From Blastocystis sp. Blastoise (lineage: Eukaryota; Protista; Bigyra: Opalinata), in assembly GCA_039096225.1 (NCBI GenBank), contig JBBPEB010000003.1:496001-560000 (forward strand): a DNA stretch of 64,000 nt, written 5' to 3'. A program made the translations under genes and the position numbers. The notes beneath the pieces were generated by a model. The model saw nothing but the letters and a program-made list of their open reading frames with translations. It was not told where the DNA came from and ran no database searches. Below are positions 30,708 through 59,239 of this stretch, in pieces; the stretch's first letter is position 1, and every line of letters begins with the position of its first letter.

Positions 30708-32160
30708 ATGATTATAAGTTATAAACCTACTATTATTTCTTCATCGAAACAAATTAATTCGAATTATTTATCAAAAGAAACTCCTATGAAACGTATATAT
30801 AATGAAACAAATAATAATAATATATATATATCAAAAAAATCAAATTTATCAGAATCATCAGTTTCTTCTTCTAGTTCTTCTAGTTCTTCTAGTTCTTTTA
30901 GTTCTTCTTTAGTGTTTAATAATAATGAAATAATGAATATAAAATTAGAATCTTCATTATATATTTCTTCTTTACCTTATAAATATTTATATTGTAAAGA
31001 GTGTAAAAAATATATTTTAAATTCAAAAATAATAAATAATAATTATTATGAATCAATTGAAGAACATATATGTAATAAAAAACATTATCAATATAATTAT
31101 AAATTAAATAATTATTTTATTGATATTAATTGTTGTCATTGTTTAGATAATAATATTCTTCATTTATCTTCTATATATATTAATAATATTCAATATATAT
31201 GTTGTTCTCAATGTATTTATAATTATTTTATTAGAAATTCTATATATTTAAATAATATAAATCAATTAATTAATAAAAGTATGTTTATTATTATTTTTAT
31301 TATTATTATTTTTATTATTTATATAGATATAATTGATAAAATAAATGAATCATCTATATTATATTTATATGATTCTGATTTTAGTGAATCTTCTTCTTCT
31401 TCTTCTTCTAATCAATCTGAATCTTTTGATTCTTATTCTTTTGAATCTAAATCATCATTAGATTCTAATGAATATAGTTATAATGATTCAATTGATTTAA
31501 GTGAATCTATTAATTCTTCTTTATCTTCTAATATTTTTGATTTAAGTGAATCTATTAATTCTTCTTCTTCTTCTTCTAATCAATCTGTATCTAGATCTGA
31601 ATCATTTTCTTCTTCATCTTCATCTTCTTCATCTTCATCATCTTCATCTTCATCATCTTCTTCATCTTCATCTTCATCTTCTTCATATAATAATAATAAT
31701 AATGTTAATAATGTTAATAATAATGTGTTTAATAATAATATTAATAATAATGCTAATAATAATAATATTAATAATAATATTAATAATAATAATGTTAATA
31801 ATGTTAATAATAATGTGTTTAATAATAATAATAATAATAATATATATTTTCCTTTGCTTCTAAATAATATAAATAATTCATTATCTCCTTTATCTTCTTC
31901 TCCTTCTCTTCTTTCTCCTATACAATCAAATCATTTATTATCTTCATCACAATCATCCTCATTACCTCCTTCTCTTCCTCCTCCTTCTTTTTCATCATCT
32001 TCATCATCATCTTCTTCTTCTTCATCATCTTCTTCTTCTTCATCATCATCTCCTTCTTTTTCATCTTCTTCTCCTTCTTTTCCTTCTTCTCCTTCATCAT
32101 CTTCATCTTATTTATCACTTTCTCCTCCTCCTATTTCTCCTCCTCTTTCTCCTTCTTCAT

Positions 32161-32256
<96 letters not shown>

Positions 32257-33054
32257 TCTCAGATAATAATAATAATATTAATAATAATAATAATAATAAT
32301 ATCTCAGATAATAATAATAATATCTCAGATAATAATAATATATCATTATTTTCATTTCAACAAAACGAATTATTTTCAATAAATCATTCATTACAATCAA
32401 ATATTTCTTCTTCAATAAATCCTATTCTTCCTTTATATATTGATAAACAATATATAAAACGATTATGGAGTCAAACATTATTAGATCCATTTTGTAATAA
32501 TAATAATAAAGAACAATATATATTAAAAAATCAATGTATTTCTATTTCAAAAGAAACTACTTATATATATCATCTTAATTGTACATCTATTATTTCTAAT
32601 AAATTTAAAATAGGAGATTTATCATATATAGAATTAAATAATAATAAATGTAAAGTAATGGTATATGCAATAGGAGATAATTATATTGAATTTGAAGGTG
32701 ATTGTACATTTATTTCATTTCTTAAACCATTAAATGGATCAAAATGTATATATATATATATATATTAATTAATTTATTAAATAAAATTATATTATTATTA
32801 TATAGTAGGAAGAATAGAATATGAAAAAATAAATAATATAACAATTATATTACAAAAATCAAATTATATATTAAATTTATATATTGATTCAATTCATAAA
32901 TTTGAAGATTTTAATAATTTTCAAAAGAATCCATTTTTATATTATTTTTCTTCTCTTTCTTCTCTTCCTTCTATTTCTTATGATTTTATTCCAGAAAGAT
33001 TTATAACAAAATGGGGATATCCTAATACTATAAATAATTCTAATCAAATTAATA

Positions 33055-33102
<48 letters not shown>

Positions 33103-34138
33103 ATAATTATTATAATTATATAGAATATTTTTATTGATAATATGTTAAAGAAAACAATATCAATTCATAAAGTAGATTATTCTTATCAAAATGGTATATA
33201 ATAATAATAATAAAATAATAATAATAAACATATTTTTTTTTATAGATTGTTTAATAACATTAATAGAAAAATTATCAATATTAAAAAGTGATTCTAAAAT
33301 ATTAATTTGTTTTAATAGTAATAATATGTGTAATAAATTTACTATACAATGTAATAATAAGAATATTCCTGTAATTCGATATATATCCTATACAAAAAGA
33401 AATTCAGAACAATATATTATGAATAAAGATTTAAATCAATATATGTCTCATTCATTAGCATTTAATTCACTTCTTCAAGATATTTTTGTATATATATATA
33501 TAATAATAATAATAATATTTAATAATAATATATTTATATAGAAAAAATCCAATATAACAATAGAAAATGTAGAATATTATATAGATAATATATGTAATTT
33601 ATATAATTTAAATAATTATAAAAAAGATTTATTACAATTATTAAATTATTATTTTAAAGAAGAATCTTCTTTATGTTCTGAATATATAAATATACATTCT
33701 TCATCAATATTTTCTTTATTATGTAATCCTATATTTCATTTAAATAAAGAAGATATTAATCGAATTGTATATATTGATAAAGATTCAAATCATTTATTTA
33801 CTTATTTATATATACTTATTGAAAAATATAAAAATTATTTACTTTCAAATTATTCAGATAAATATATAAAGAAAGAAAGAGAAATATTAAATAATAATTC
33901 TATTCTATGTACTACATTTTATGGTTCTTCTAGTTTACCTGATAATTCAAAATATGATATTGTAATTCTATATGATGTTCAATATTGCTATGAAATAGAA
34001 ACTACATTACCTATTCATTATAATTGTAAACAATTATTTGTTTTTTATTGTGATGATATATTTACAAAAAGAATATGTAAAGTACCTTTTGAAGATACTT
34101 TAGCATATCGATTAATAAATAGTATTGGAAATATATAA
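30708..34138 (+). CDS. highly divergent UPF1-like protein (CH zinc domain and first helicase lobe only, catalytic motifs lost)
   Basis: CKECKKY...EEHICNKKH...CCHCLDNNILHL...CCSQC matches the UPF1 CH spacing. KILICFNSNNMCNKF...IPVIRY, ILCTTF and YDIVILYDVQYCYEIETTLPI...KQLFVF align with SF1B motifs Ia, Ib, II and III. Long poly-S and poly-N tracts. Confidence 0.6.
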
Positions 34139-34202
34139 ATATATAAATTTATTTATTTATTTATTATTAATTTGTTTTGTTAAATATATTATTAAATATA
34201 TA

Positions 34203-34233
<31 letters not shown>

Positions 34234-34296
34234 TAAATAGATATTTGAATAGATGGATGATAATGAGTGAGATAGAAATAGAATAAGCTGTTAGAT

Positions 34297-34368
34297 GGCC
34301 TGCTGGTCTAGTGGTATGATTCTCGCTTAGGGTGCGAGAGGTCCCGGGTTCGATTCCCGGGTAGGCCC
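34297..34368 (+). tRNA. tRNA-Pro(AGG)
   Basis: Acceptor stem GGCCTGC/GTAGGCC, D arm TGGTCTAGTGG, anticodon arm CTCGC-TTAGGGT-GCGAG, T arm CCGGG-TTCGATT-CCCGG, downstream T run. Confidence 0.97.
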
Positions 34369-34532
34369 ATATTTTTATTTATTATATTTCTATTCATTAT
34401 TATTATTTTAATTCAATTTATATATATATATATAAACTAAATTCTTTTCTTTTTTTTTATTATTAAATAATATTAAAAATAATTAAAATAAATAAAAATT
34501 TATATATATATATATTTTTGTTTTTCTCTTTT

Positions 34533-49903
<15,371 letters not shown>

Positions 49904-50908
49904 TTCCGTCTATAACAATTCTTCTTTTTCTTTTCTCTTTAACAAAATCAAAATAAATTAAATTGAATTTTTTTATTTTTTTACATTTTTTTAACTATTT
50001 CAAGCTTATACTGAAAACGCTTGAATCAATTCTTATTATTAATTCTTTTGCCTTTTTTCTAGAAAAAATTTTGTCTCCGTTATTTTATTATAATTATATC
50101 ATTTTTCCTTGACTATTTTTGACTATTTCTGGCAATATTTCTTGATTTCTTGTTTCTAGTCAACCTATTCATTTGCATAATCATGGAATGTTTATCGAAA
50201 TGAAGTCAATTTTTATTTTTTCACTACACAAATCTATTCACCTATTTTCATAATGATTGGTAGGTGTGTCTTCCTTTCTTTAGGCATTACCATTTATTAT
50301 TATACTTAATATTGCGTAATTATTATTGCGTTTGAGATTAATTATTTGATGTCTGAGGTATATCTATAGATCTATTAAGTTTATTGACCACTATACTGTG
50401 TATATGAGATTCCTTTATTCTTGTATACATATCATGTTGGCCTAAATATATATACTTGATTATATATTTGGTCTTGTTTGCCTATAGCAAGATCAATAAA
50501 GAAAGTAGATTAATTATATTTTTCTTTTTATAGGTAATGAAGCAAATTGTCTAATTAAATGTAAGTGAAAGTATATTTATAAATATTTATATAATATATA
50601 TCTTTTGATTGTAAATGTGTGCGTATTGAAATGATGTTTTTTCTCTTATCTACCCTGAAAGCGTATGTGTAGAAAGCATTTCTATTACTGATCAATAAGC
50701 ACAAATATAATGTTATTTGTATATTTATTTTTTATTTAGTTTCATTAAATTAAAATATATTTTATTAGTGTAGTTTAGTTAGTATAATATACATTTTTTT
50801 AAGACAAATTTTGCATAATAAGAAAACAGCATATATAAACAACAATTTTGAGTACGATAATAATAGAATAGCCTTTATGAAAATATAGCGAAAATAACTG
50901 AGAGCTAA

Positions 50909-52403
50909 TTAATTTGTTTTCTCTTTTTTGGTTACTTGGTCTTCATTGGTGTAGCAAAGGCAAAAGAGGGAAATGATATAATATACAAGAAGAATAACAT
51001 CTAAAGAAAAAGAAGTCAATATTAGTGAATATTGTTTAAGATAATATTAAGATATATAGTAATAGATACTGCATAATGTCTGCATGGTGCTAGAGAGAGC
51101 TTTGACAGGATATATAGAATATGCAAAATTATTGTAAATATGGAAGATAATTACAATATATAATGATTTATTCTTATAGAAATGAAGACAATAAACACAT
51201 CCCACAATAAAACTGAAAACACACTATATAAAATAATAATACATAGATATATTATTGCACAATATTATTGAACAGAATATGATTATAAAGAATATAAATA
51301 ATAGAAATAGAAATTTATAGAAATAGAAATATATAGAAATAGAAATATATACAAATATGATTATGAAGAAATATAAATATAAAGAAATATAAATATATAA
51401 AAATATTATTATATATATATACTTGATAAATTGTATCAGTATAAGGAATAGAGACATTAAAAAGATTTAAAAGATGATAAAGAGCAAAGAAAAGACAACA
51501 AAGAATTGTATTGAAATATCTTTTATTGATTCTATATAATAAATAAATAAATATTGAATTTGATTTATTTTAAAATTATGAAAAAATATGGAAAATAAAG
51601 AAAATATAATACCTAAAGTCTAATTGAGATAAGATCAAACCTCTGAATATAAATTCTTCACAAATAGGAGATATAATGGCAATATTCATAAAATATGAAA
51701 TATCTTTTCCAAAAGACTATACAGAATAATATTATTATTTGAATAATTATTTTGAATTGTATTAAATATATTATATACAGCTAAAGATAATTTATTAAAG
51801 TGAAAAGCAAAAGTAGGACCATTTGAGAAAATCAAACGAATAATTAAAAATAAACATTGAAGATAAAAGAAGGATACTAAATAATGAAATCTAGCGTTAA
51901 TTTCATACATTACACTATATATAGTATAAGGATAGAAATACAAATCTATTTTTGAAAAGAAGTTAGGAATATACTTATCATAAAATTGTTTAACATTCAT
52001 ATGATAAAAAGAAAGAACAATAAGAAGAGTTAAATATGCAGGAATAATCTTCTTAAGAGGTTCTAAAATAAGAATAATAATATTACTTCCAAAAGACTAT
52101 AGAAATTAAGTATTATATTCGTAGAATTATTCACTGTTAGTACATACTGTTTCAGAGCCAAATGCCGTGATAAAAAGGTCTTCCACATAACTAATTCCAA
52201 ATTTCGTTATGAGAAACAAAACAATATATATCAAAAAGGTTACATAAGCTTCTATAATTCCAGCGATGTAAGATTTTACTGTATTTGATGAAGAAGACTC
52301 TTAATAAATAGATTAGTGATCAAGAATGCTTTAAAATACCCTTCTTAATATGTATGAGACCACAGTTATCACTGCAGTTTTTAAATCCTAGCTTTCCTGG
52401 CAT
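50909..52403 (-). CDS. CPBP/Abi-family intramembrane glutamic endopeptidase (type II CAAX protease-like), about 7 exons
   Basis: Hand-spliced: MPGKLGF...SPICEEFIFRG (EExxxR), LFFALYH (FxxxH), IIFHIYNN (HxxxN), C-terminal KEKTN stop (KxKxx). All joins are GT-AG and in frame. Confidence 0.85.
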
Positions 52404-53382
52404 TCAAGTAGTTAATAAAAGTATAAACTTTTGAATTTTAATGTCTCGAAGAAAAAACATAAAAAAATGATGCAGTTGCGTTTTGTTTACATGACGTAAT
52501 CATTCAATGGAAGATGACATCAGCAATTGCGCAATAACCAATAATTTAACGTTTACTATTTGTAGAATTCTATTGAACAACATAATTTAAATAGGTATTT
52601 TTTTAAAATATATATCTTTTTTTATTCTTATATATTTGAAAACGTTGTCAAGTCATATGTAAAAATGAATGGCAGATAAATAGGTGAACAAACATATATA
52701 ACAAAGCGACATTGAGAAAATTATTGAAAAAATCTCAAATGGGCATACTATTAAACATTCTGACGCTTTAGGGAAAATGATTAAATGAAGAATTGATGTT
52801 ATCAATCATATGTTATAATTAAAAAAGATTTCATAACATATTGCTTCTTCTGCAGAAATCATAATTTTGAAACATTTATATTAATTGTCAATACATCTAT
52901 AGTCTGAATAAATACGCTTAAGATATCTATGGACTCCCCAAAACAATAATTATCAAAAAGATTATCCTTAAATTGTCTCTTTCTTGTTTTCAATGCCATC
53001 AACATTATAGGATATACACTACCACTACGATTTCATATGTAAATAACAAATTATCTCATTTTTCAAAATATAATAATACAATTGGGGCTTGAAAATACAT
53101 GTTTTAATACATACAGGAATGATTATTGATTCGATCTAATTAGTAATAATTTCAAAATAGCATTAAACTCACTCAAAAAATGACCTAGTAAAAAGATAAA
53201 AATAATTTTTTTTTTCAAAATAATAATGATAATAAATGTTCTTAAAGTATATTTTTAATTTTTATCATAAAGATATAAAAATATCAAAATAGAATGAATT
53301 ATATATATTTTCAAATATATTTTATTTGTTGATCTGTGTATCTGGTCCTATTTCCATTTTTTTTCAGTTGAAAACGGTCAAA

Positions 53383-54187
53383 ATGAGTTGTTGTAAGAAT
53401 TGTTGTAAAGATAAATACTTGGTGTATAACATCATATTATTATTCTTCTCCTTCGATTGTATTAGTGGATGTATAAAGCTAATTGATGATACTAGTGATT
53501 TCTCAAATGCTATTCTTGTTCCTATACGTGGATATTTATCTTTACTTTTAGAATATAGTTTTGATGTCTTTATTACAAGTATTATTGGATGCACTTTAAG
53601 ACAATACTATTGGTTCAATGTTATCTATTCTTATATGATCCTTTTCGTTATGTTTCTCTCTTGCTTTGCAATGTTAATGTGTTTTGCTATGATTATATCA
53701 TTTAAATCTGTATATAATGATATATATATATTATTCTTTCTTATTTGACTTTTCTTTTATATGATTCTATAGTTTATAAATTATAAATAATATTATATAT
53801 ATAAAGGAGTCAGGAAGTGGTACTGCAGAATTCAGTGTATTGTTCACTGGAATAAAGAAAATATTCACTACAAATCCTTCAAATTGGATTCTTATTCAGG
53901 ATAATTTTGAATGTTGTGGTTTTGGAGATTTAAATGAATTAAAGACAGGTGCAAATTGTAAAGATACTTCACATTTACTGAAGAATTGTATTACTGTTAT
54001 TCCAAATTCTTTAAGTATTATATTTGGATTTGCAATTTTTTTCTTTGCTATTATCTTGTTATTCTCTTTATTAGCAAATTCATACAGTACAAAGTTCTTA
54101 TGTTTCTGTAATAAGAAGAAGAGAGAACAATTTGCTGATAAACAAATGTCTCAAAGACTTATTGATATTCATAGTAGTAACGAATAA
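53383..54187 (+). CDS. tetraspanin family protein, 2 exons
   Basis: Three N-terminal hydrophobic segments, IQDNFECCGF (CCG motif), two further Cys and a fourth TM segment. An intron ending at 53806 joins in frame. Confidence 0.85.
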
Positions 54188-54871
54188 AACTACTCTTTGT
54201 TCTAATGTTTGTTCTTTGTTGAATAATCATTTCAATCGTTGTTTTGTTTTTGTTATTATTTTGAGATACTCTAAAGGCTAAATATGTCATTAATATAATT
54301 AAAAAGTAAGAATAAAACAGATGAATTACTAAAAAGGGATAAATAGATTTAATTTATTACTTGATTCATGATAAATTACCTATGTAGTTTTTTGATATAA
54401 TGACTCTTGTTGTTTAACATAACGAGCATCAATATAAACATATGAATGAGAAAAAGGAGTTTAAATATTATATACTACTTTATTATAAGATATGCCTATC
54501 ATCTTATTATGATTATTTCCATATAATTAGATATTTAATCTGCTTTAAGGACAATGTAAATGAACATCAAGGTTATAAAAATAATATTTGAGAGACAATT
54601 AAAGCATCAATATTATGTATTAAACTGTTTTAATGATATTGATCATAATAATATATAATCAAACATAATGTATATATATTAAATAGCAATTCAAAAACTT
54701 AAGAACATTTCCAGCAATCATGTTTTTGCTCAAGCAAAATGCTAAGCAATATTTCTTTTGAAATAAGTGTTAATAATTTTTATGAAAAAATAATTATTAC
54801 TCTATAAAAACACTTTTATTCCTTATTATTTACAAAAATAATTCTTTTAACTCTATTCACTTACTTTTCTT

Positions 54872-55748
54872 ATGCCTAGAGACAGAAGTATATCTAGATC
54901 ACGTTCTCGATCTAGACGTAGATCAAGAGATCGTTATGAGCGAAGAGTTAGTAGAAATTCAGATTATCGTGATGGAGGTGATCGTTATTCTTCACGAAGA
55001 AGAAGTGATTCAAGAGATAAGTATGATTTTTATTATTGATTAATGTTTATAATTGATAGACGTCGTAGTTCTTCTCGTAATTCAAGAAGATATCGTGATA
55101 ATGAAGAATATCGTCGTCGTTCAAGATCCAGAAGTTCTTCGTATCGTCGTTCTGAAACGTACATATATATTGTTTGCTTTTTTTAGTTTTTAATATCAAT
55201 AAATGATATACTATATAAACTTATTTCTTTAGTAAAACAGATTCTAGATCAAATGAAAAGTAATTTATATGTTTATAATATATTATAATAGTTCTATAGA
55301 GATTTTTATACAAGAAAAGTTGAAAAAAAAGAAATCCCAAAGAAAGCAGTGAATCCAACAACTGGTATATGTTTTATATATGATATTTTTTAATTTATAT
55401 ATGATATTTATATTTATTTAAATATGATATTTATATTTATTTCTATATGATATTTATATTTATATTTTTTTAGAAACAATATTTATTTATTTATATACAT
55501 AATATTTAGAAGATGGTGAATTAGATATAGCTGCTATTATGGGATTTGGTTCTTTTACAAGTACTAAAGTATTCTTCTATATATGTATTATTTTTAAGAT
55601 ACAATTATTGTTTATATATATATAGGGTAAGCCTGTAGAGACAAATAAGACAACTGCCGCTAAAGGAGCTTGTCGTTGTATTAAACAAAGAGATTTCAGT
55701 AGAGTTCTTAATAAGAAAGCTCCTCTTAATACGAATGTATTCAAGTAA
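54872..55748 (+). CDS. SNRNP27: U4/U6.U5 tri-snRNP 27 kDa protein
   Basis: RS-rich N-terminus, then IMGFGSFTSTK-GKPVETN...KQRDFSRVLNKK (DUF1777). TAA at 55746-55748. Confidence 0.88.
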
Positions 55749-57465
55749 AGTCAATAATTATGTTATCTGTCAATTATATATGTGGTGTTCATTATAAATT
55801 GGTTTTTGTTATATATATATTGTTAATAATGAACATTATGTCATGAAATATGATTTATGATGATTTTTCACTATTTATTTATAAATAAAAATGAATATAT
55901 ACCTGAATTAAGATAAACTAAAAACCTCGATTAGAAGAACAAAGAAAGAGCATTATATTTTTATAAAGCATTTTTTCGCTTTTATCAAATCAAAGCATCA
56001 TATCATATTAAAGTATTCAACATATATAATTTCTGAATTCATTATTAAAGTACTACACAAAAAAAAACATCATTAATACCCAAAAACATAAAATAATTAC
56101 ACATGATGTTCAAAACAAAAGATTATTAAATAAAATCTTTCACTAGGCATATTAAAATTTAGTTTTTTCTACAATGATACGTGTACCAATATATCAATTC
56201 CACATTCACAAGATACTTAAAACACATGTTAAAAGTAACATAGTAAAATGTTATACACATTCACTAACCACACTATCAGGTTTACAAAATATAATTTTTA
56301 TAGTTCTTAATAAACACTCAAGTTAATCATTTGCTAAAAAAATGTTTTTATTAAAATTTTTATAAAGATTTTTTTTGTTTTTAATTTTATCTTTTATACA
56401 TGAAATTCATCGTTTTATTAAATGCCAGCATTACATAATATACCTATTTAGTTATTTAAATAAAAAAAAAATAAAAAATAGTGTCATTATTCTTTTATCA
56501 TGATGATAATTATCTATTTTTATTATTTTTTACGTAAAATAAGGATAATTCATTGCCAATAATCTTATTAGTTCCTAAAATTTTGACGTTATATTATTAT
56601 ACCATTTTCAAAACACGTTTTAACACGAATATTACATCATGTAACCATTGTCTCTGTCATTTCTGGATTGACAATAGCAAATTTTCCTTGATTAATCATA
56701 TCTCATTTAATAATTCTCACATCAATATACTTGAAAACAAGAGAATATATATATAAACAATATCTATTGTATATTTGATAATTTAAGACAATAATTTAGA
56801 ATCGTAGAGTATTCTAATTGTAGCATATTATCATTATCTTCTCAAAACTAGCCTTCAAAACTCATATTCTTGCACAACATAAAGCTGTTTTACATAAAAC
56901 AATGCTTATTATAATATAATAAACTAGATTTGTCAGTCCAGTTTTTTTTAAAGTAGTTATAGACTAAGCCCTTTTGATATATTATTACTCTCTATACTCA
57001 GGGAGAATAAGCTCCTAAAAGTATAAGTCGTCAAAATTCAAAAGCACAAAAAAATAATAAAAAACTTTTTTAAATATGTCTTTATTGATACTCAAAATGT
57101 ATAGATTGAATGCCTCAACCAGTTAGAAACTTATGCTGCTATAATGACTCCAGAAAAAATAAAATGAAAAAATATATGTATATCTCATACATCATGTAGG
57201 ATATAAAAATACATATCTAGATGCCATTATAAGTTGAACTTATTCTTTTCATACTTAAATAATCCTTTAATAATGGCATCAAACTTAGTCATAGATCTCA
57301 ACAAAAATTCCAGAATTTCTATTCGGGGTAGGAATGACAATCTTTAATCTCATTTGTTGACACAACAAATAGTAACAACAAAAATATCGTTTTCTATTGA
57401 AGGACATAGCAGTCAATAGATCTGACCAATGAATTGTCAGAGTTATTTTTATTATTCCTTTGTTG

Positions 57466-58430
57466 CAGGGTGTGCCAAAACTGCGCTTTAAGCGCAAAGT
57501 GCGCTTTTCGATGTTGTTTTTGCGCTTAAATCTTTTATTTCATTTTTCTTTTAATTTTTATAAATCTACATAGAATAAAACGTTTAATAATTTTTAGAGG
57601 ATCGAGATAAGCTCAATAATGATGTTTTTGACATTTTACACGAGGTTTGTGTTTGTTGATGTAATTTGATTTGTTGTTGAATAAATAATAACCTTACACA
57701 TATTATAATTAGAGAGCAAATTGAATTTTTTAGCATTTTTAGAATGTTAATCATGTAGTTATAATGATTGATTGTCTTTAAGTATTTAACAATTAGGAAA
57801 AAAGCGTGATTATGTGTAGATCTTAATAATATAGTAGTAGTAGAATCATAATAGCAATACATGCTTCAAATTTTTACAAAACTTTGAATTCTTTTAAATT
57901 GGCTAAATACTGATTATTAGTGGTCAAAAAATTTTCAAACTCAGCTCATCAAGACGCATTAATTTACACACTTTTCATGAAAAAAAGACCGGGTGACATA
58001 AAAAAGTAATTCATTCATTGACTATTATACTATGACATGACAGTTTTTAACTTAAAACATATTATTTTGATATATAATGTATAAATGTTTTGAAATAAGT
58101 CATCTAAGAAGATTTTTGTGACACATGTTGTGACAGATACATGACTTAAAAGTTCATAAGTCATCAAATAACAACAAGTATGATTCCTATATTTGACTAT
58201 TTGTGTTAATTTGGGTGACAAATAAAAATTATTTTGTGACAAAAGTCAATTGCTTAAGATATTCTTTTGTATATTATTTTAAAGACTTTTATTTATGTTT
58301 ATAATGAAAAATAATGTCAATAAATACTAAAAAATATTATAAAAAATAATAATGTAATTAAAAAGTTTTTATTTTTATAAAATATCATGAAGTAGTCTTG
58401 TAGGGACTGTACAGATACATCCTGACAAGT
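57466..58430. mobile_element. possible end or relic of a non-autonomous DNA transposon
   Basis: CAGGGTGTGCCAAAA (TIR-like start) followed by four GCGC motifs within 45 bp and a dense TGAC array. No partner TIR, TSD or transposase found in the window. Confidence 0.3.
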
Positions 58431-58731
58431 AATAAAAATTAAATAAACGAAAAGCATATTAAAATATTATTTTTCAAAAATCAAACAAAAAACAATACAA
58501 TGAACAAAAGCTGGATTTGAAAAAACAATACGTCCAACAAAATGATTTTTAATAGCCTTATAAAATGGTTTTAAAATGTATTTTATATGTAGAATAAGTC
58601 ACACAACACATTTATAATATTTATATTATAAAATATATTGTTTTTATGTTTAAAAATAAAAAAATAAAAAAACGGTTAGTAGTCACTAGCTTTGCAATTA
58701 TTATATGACTTGATGAAAAATATTATAAGGG

Positions 58732-58802
58732 AGTTGTTTGGTCAAATGGTCAGTGCGTATAAAATTTTTACATAGTGGACGGATCGAATCTTACGAGGAA
58801 CT
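58732..58802 (+). pseudogene. degenerate tRNA-like element, copy A
   Basis: A-box-like TGGTCAAATGG, B-box-like GGATCGAATC, partial acceptor stem AGTT/AACT, then T7. Confidence 0.5.
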
Positions 58803-59095
58803 ATTTTTTTAAACTTTTTCTTTTGACTGCTATTTACAATGATTTTATTTAAAATCAACTTTGTTTCATTTTTATTATCTGTAAACATTATTTACATCAT
58901 TGATATCTGCTTTTTAGTTTAGAATCAACATATCAACAAACTTTTTTTTTCAAAAAATAGTAATTATTGTTTAAAAACAATTCTAAGTATTTCTAGAATG
59001 TTATAAATGTAATAAAAGAGCATAAATATAATATTTGAAGATATCAAATAATTTTAAACTTATTATATAGAACACATGAAAAAATAAAATTGAGA

Positions 59096-59167
59096 AATCG
59101 GTTGGTATAGTTGACCAGCGCTGTAGCTATTATGGTAATTGTCGCTGGATCGAATCTCGCAAGAGGC
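59096..59167 (+). pseudogene. degenerate tRNA-like element, copy B
   Basis: A-box-like TGGTATAGTTGA, B-box-like GGATCGAATC, then T5. Collinear with copy A. Confidence 0.5.
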
Positions 59168-59239
59168 ATTTTTATTTTTATTTCTTGGAAAAACATCTTT
59201 TTATGAAACTTGTTCTTTTATATATTTATTTTGATTATC

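Noticed and set aside
51705-52105. Apparent duplicated segment and frameshift suggesting a pseudogene
   Set aside because: Both copies are TATAG|TCTTTTGGA acceptor sites of the CPBP gene, and splicing restores the frame.
52660-53100. Decayed coding-like sequence (also 50180-50570 and 56500-57460)
   Set aside because: Stops in all frames examined and no recognisable domain; cannot be called without a homology search.
54185-54250. TGTTTGTT motif after the tetraspanin gene, as in Blastocystis polyadenylation-created stop codons
   Set aside because: This gene and all other complete genes here have an encoded stop codon; one occurrence is not evidence.
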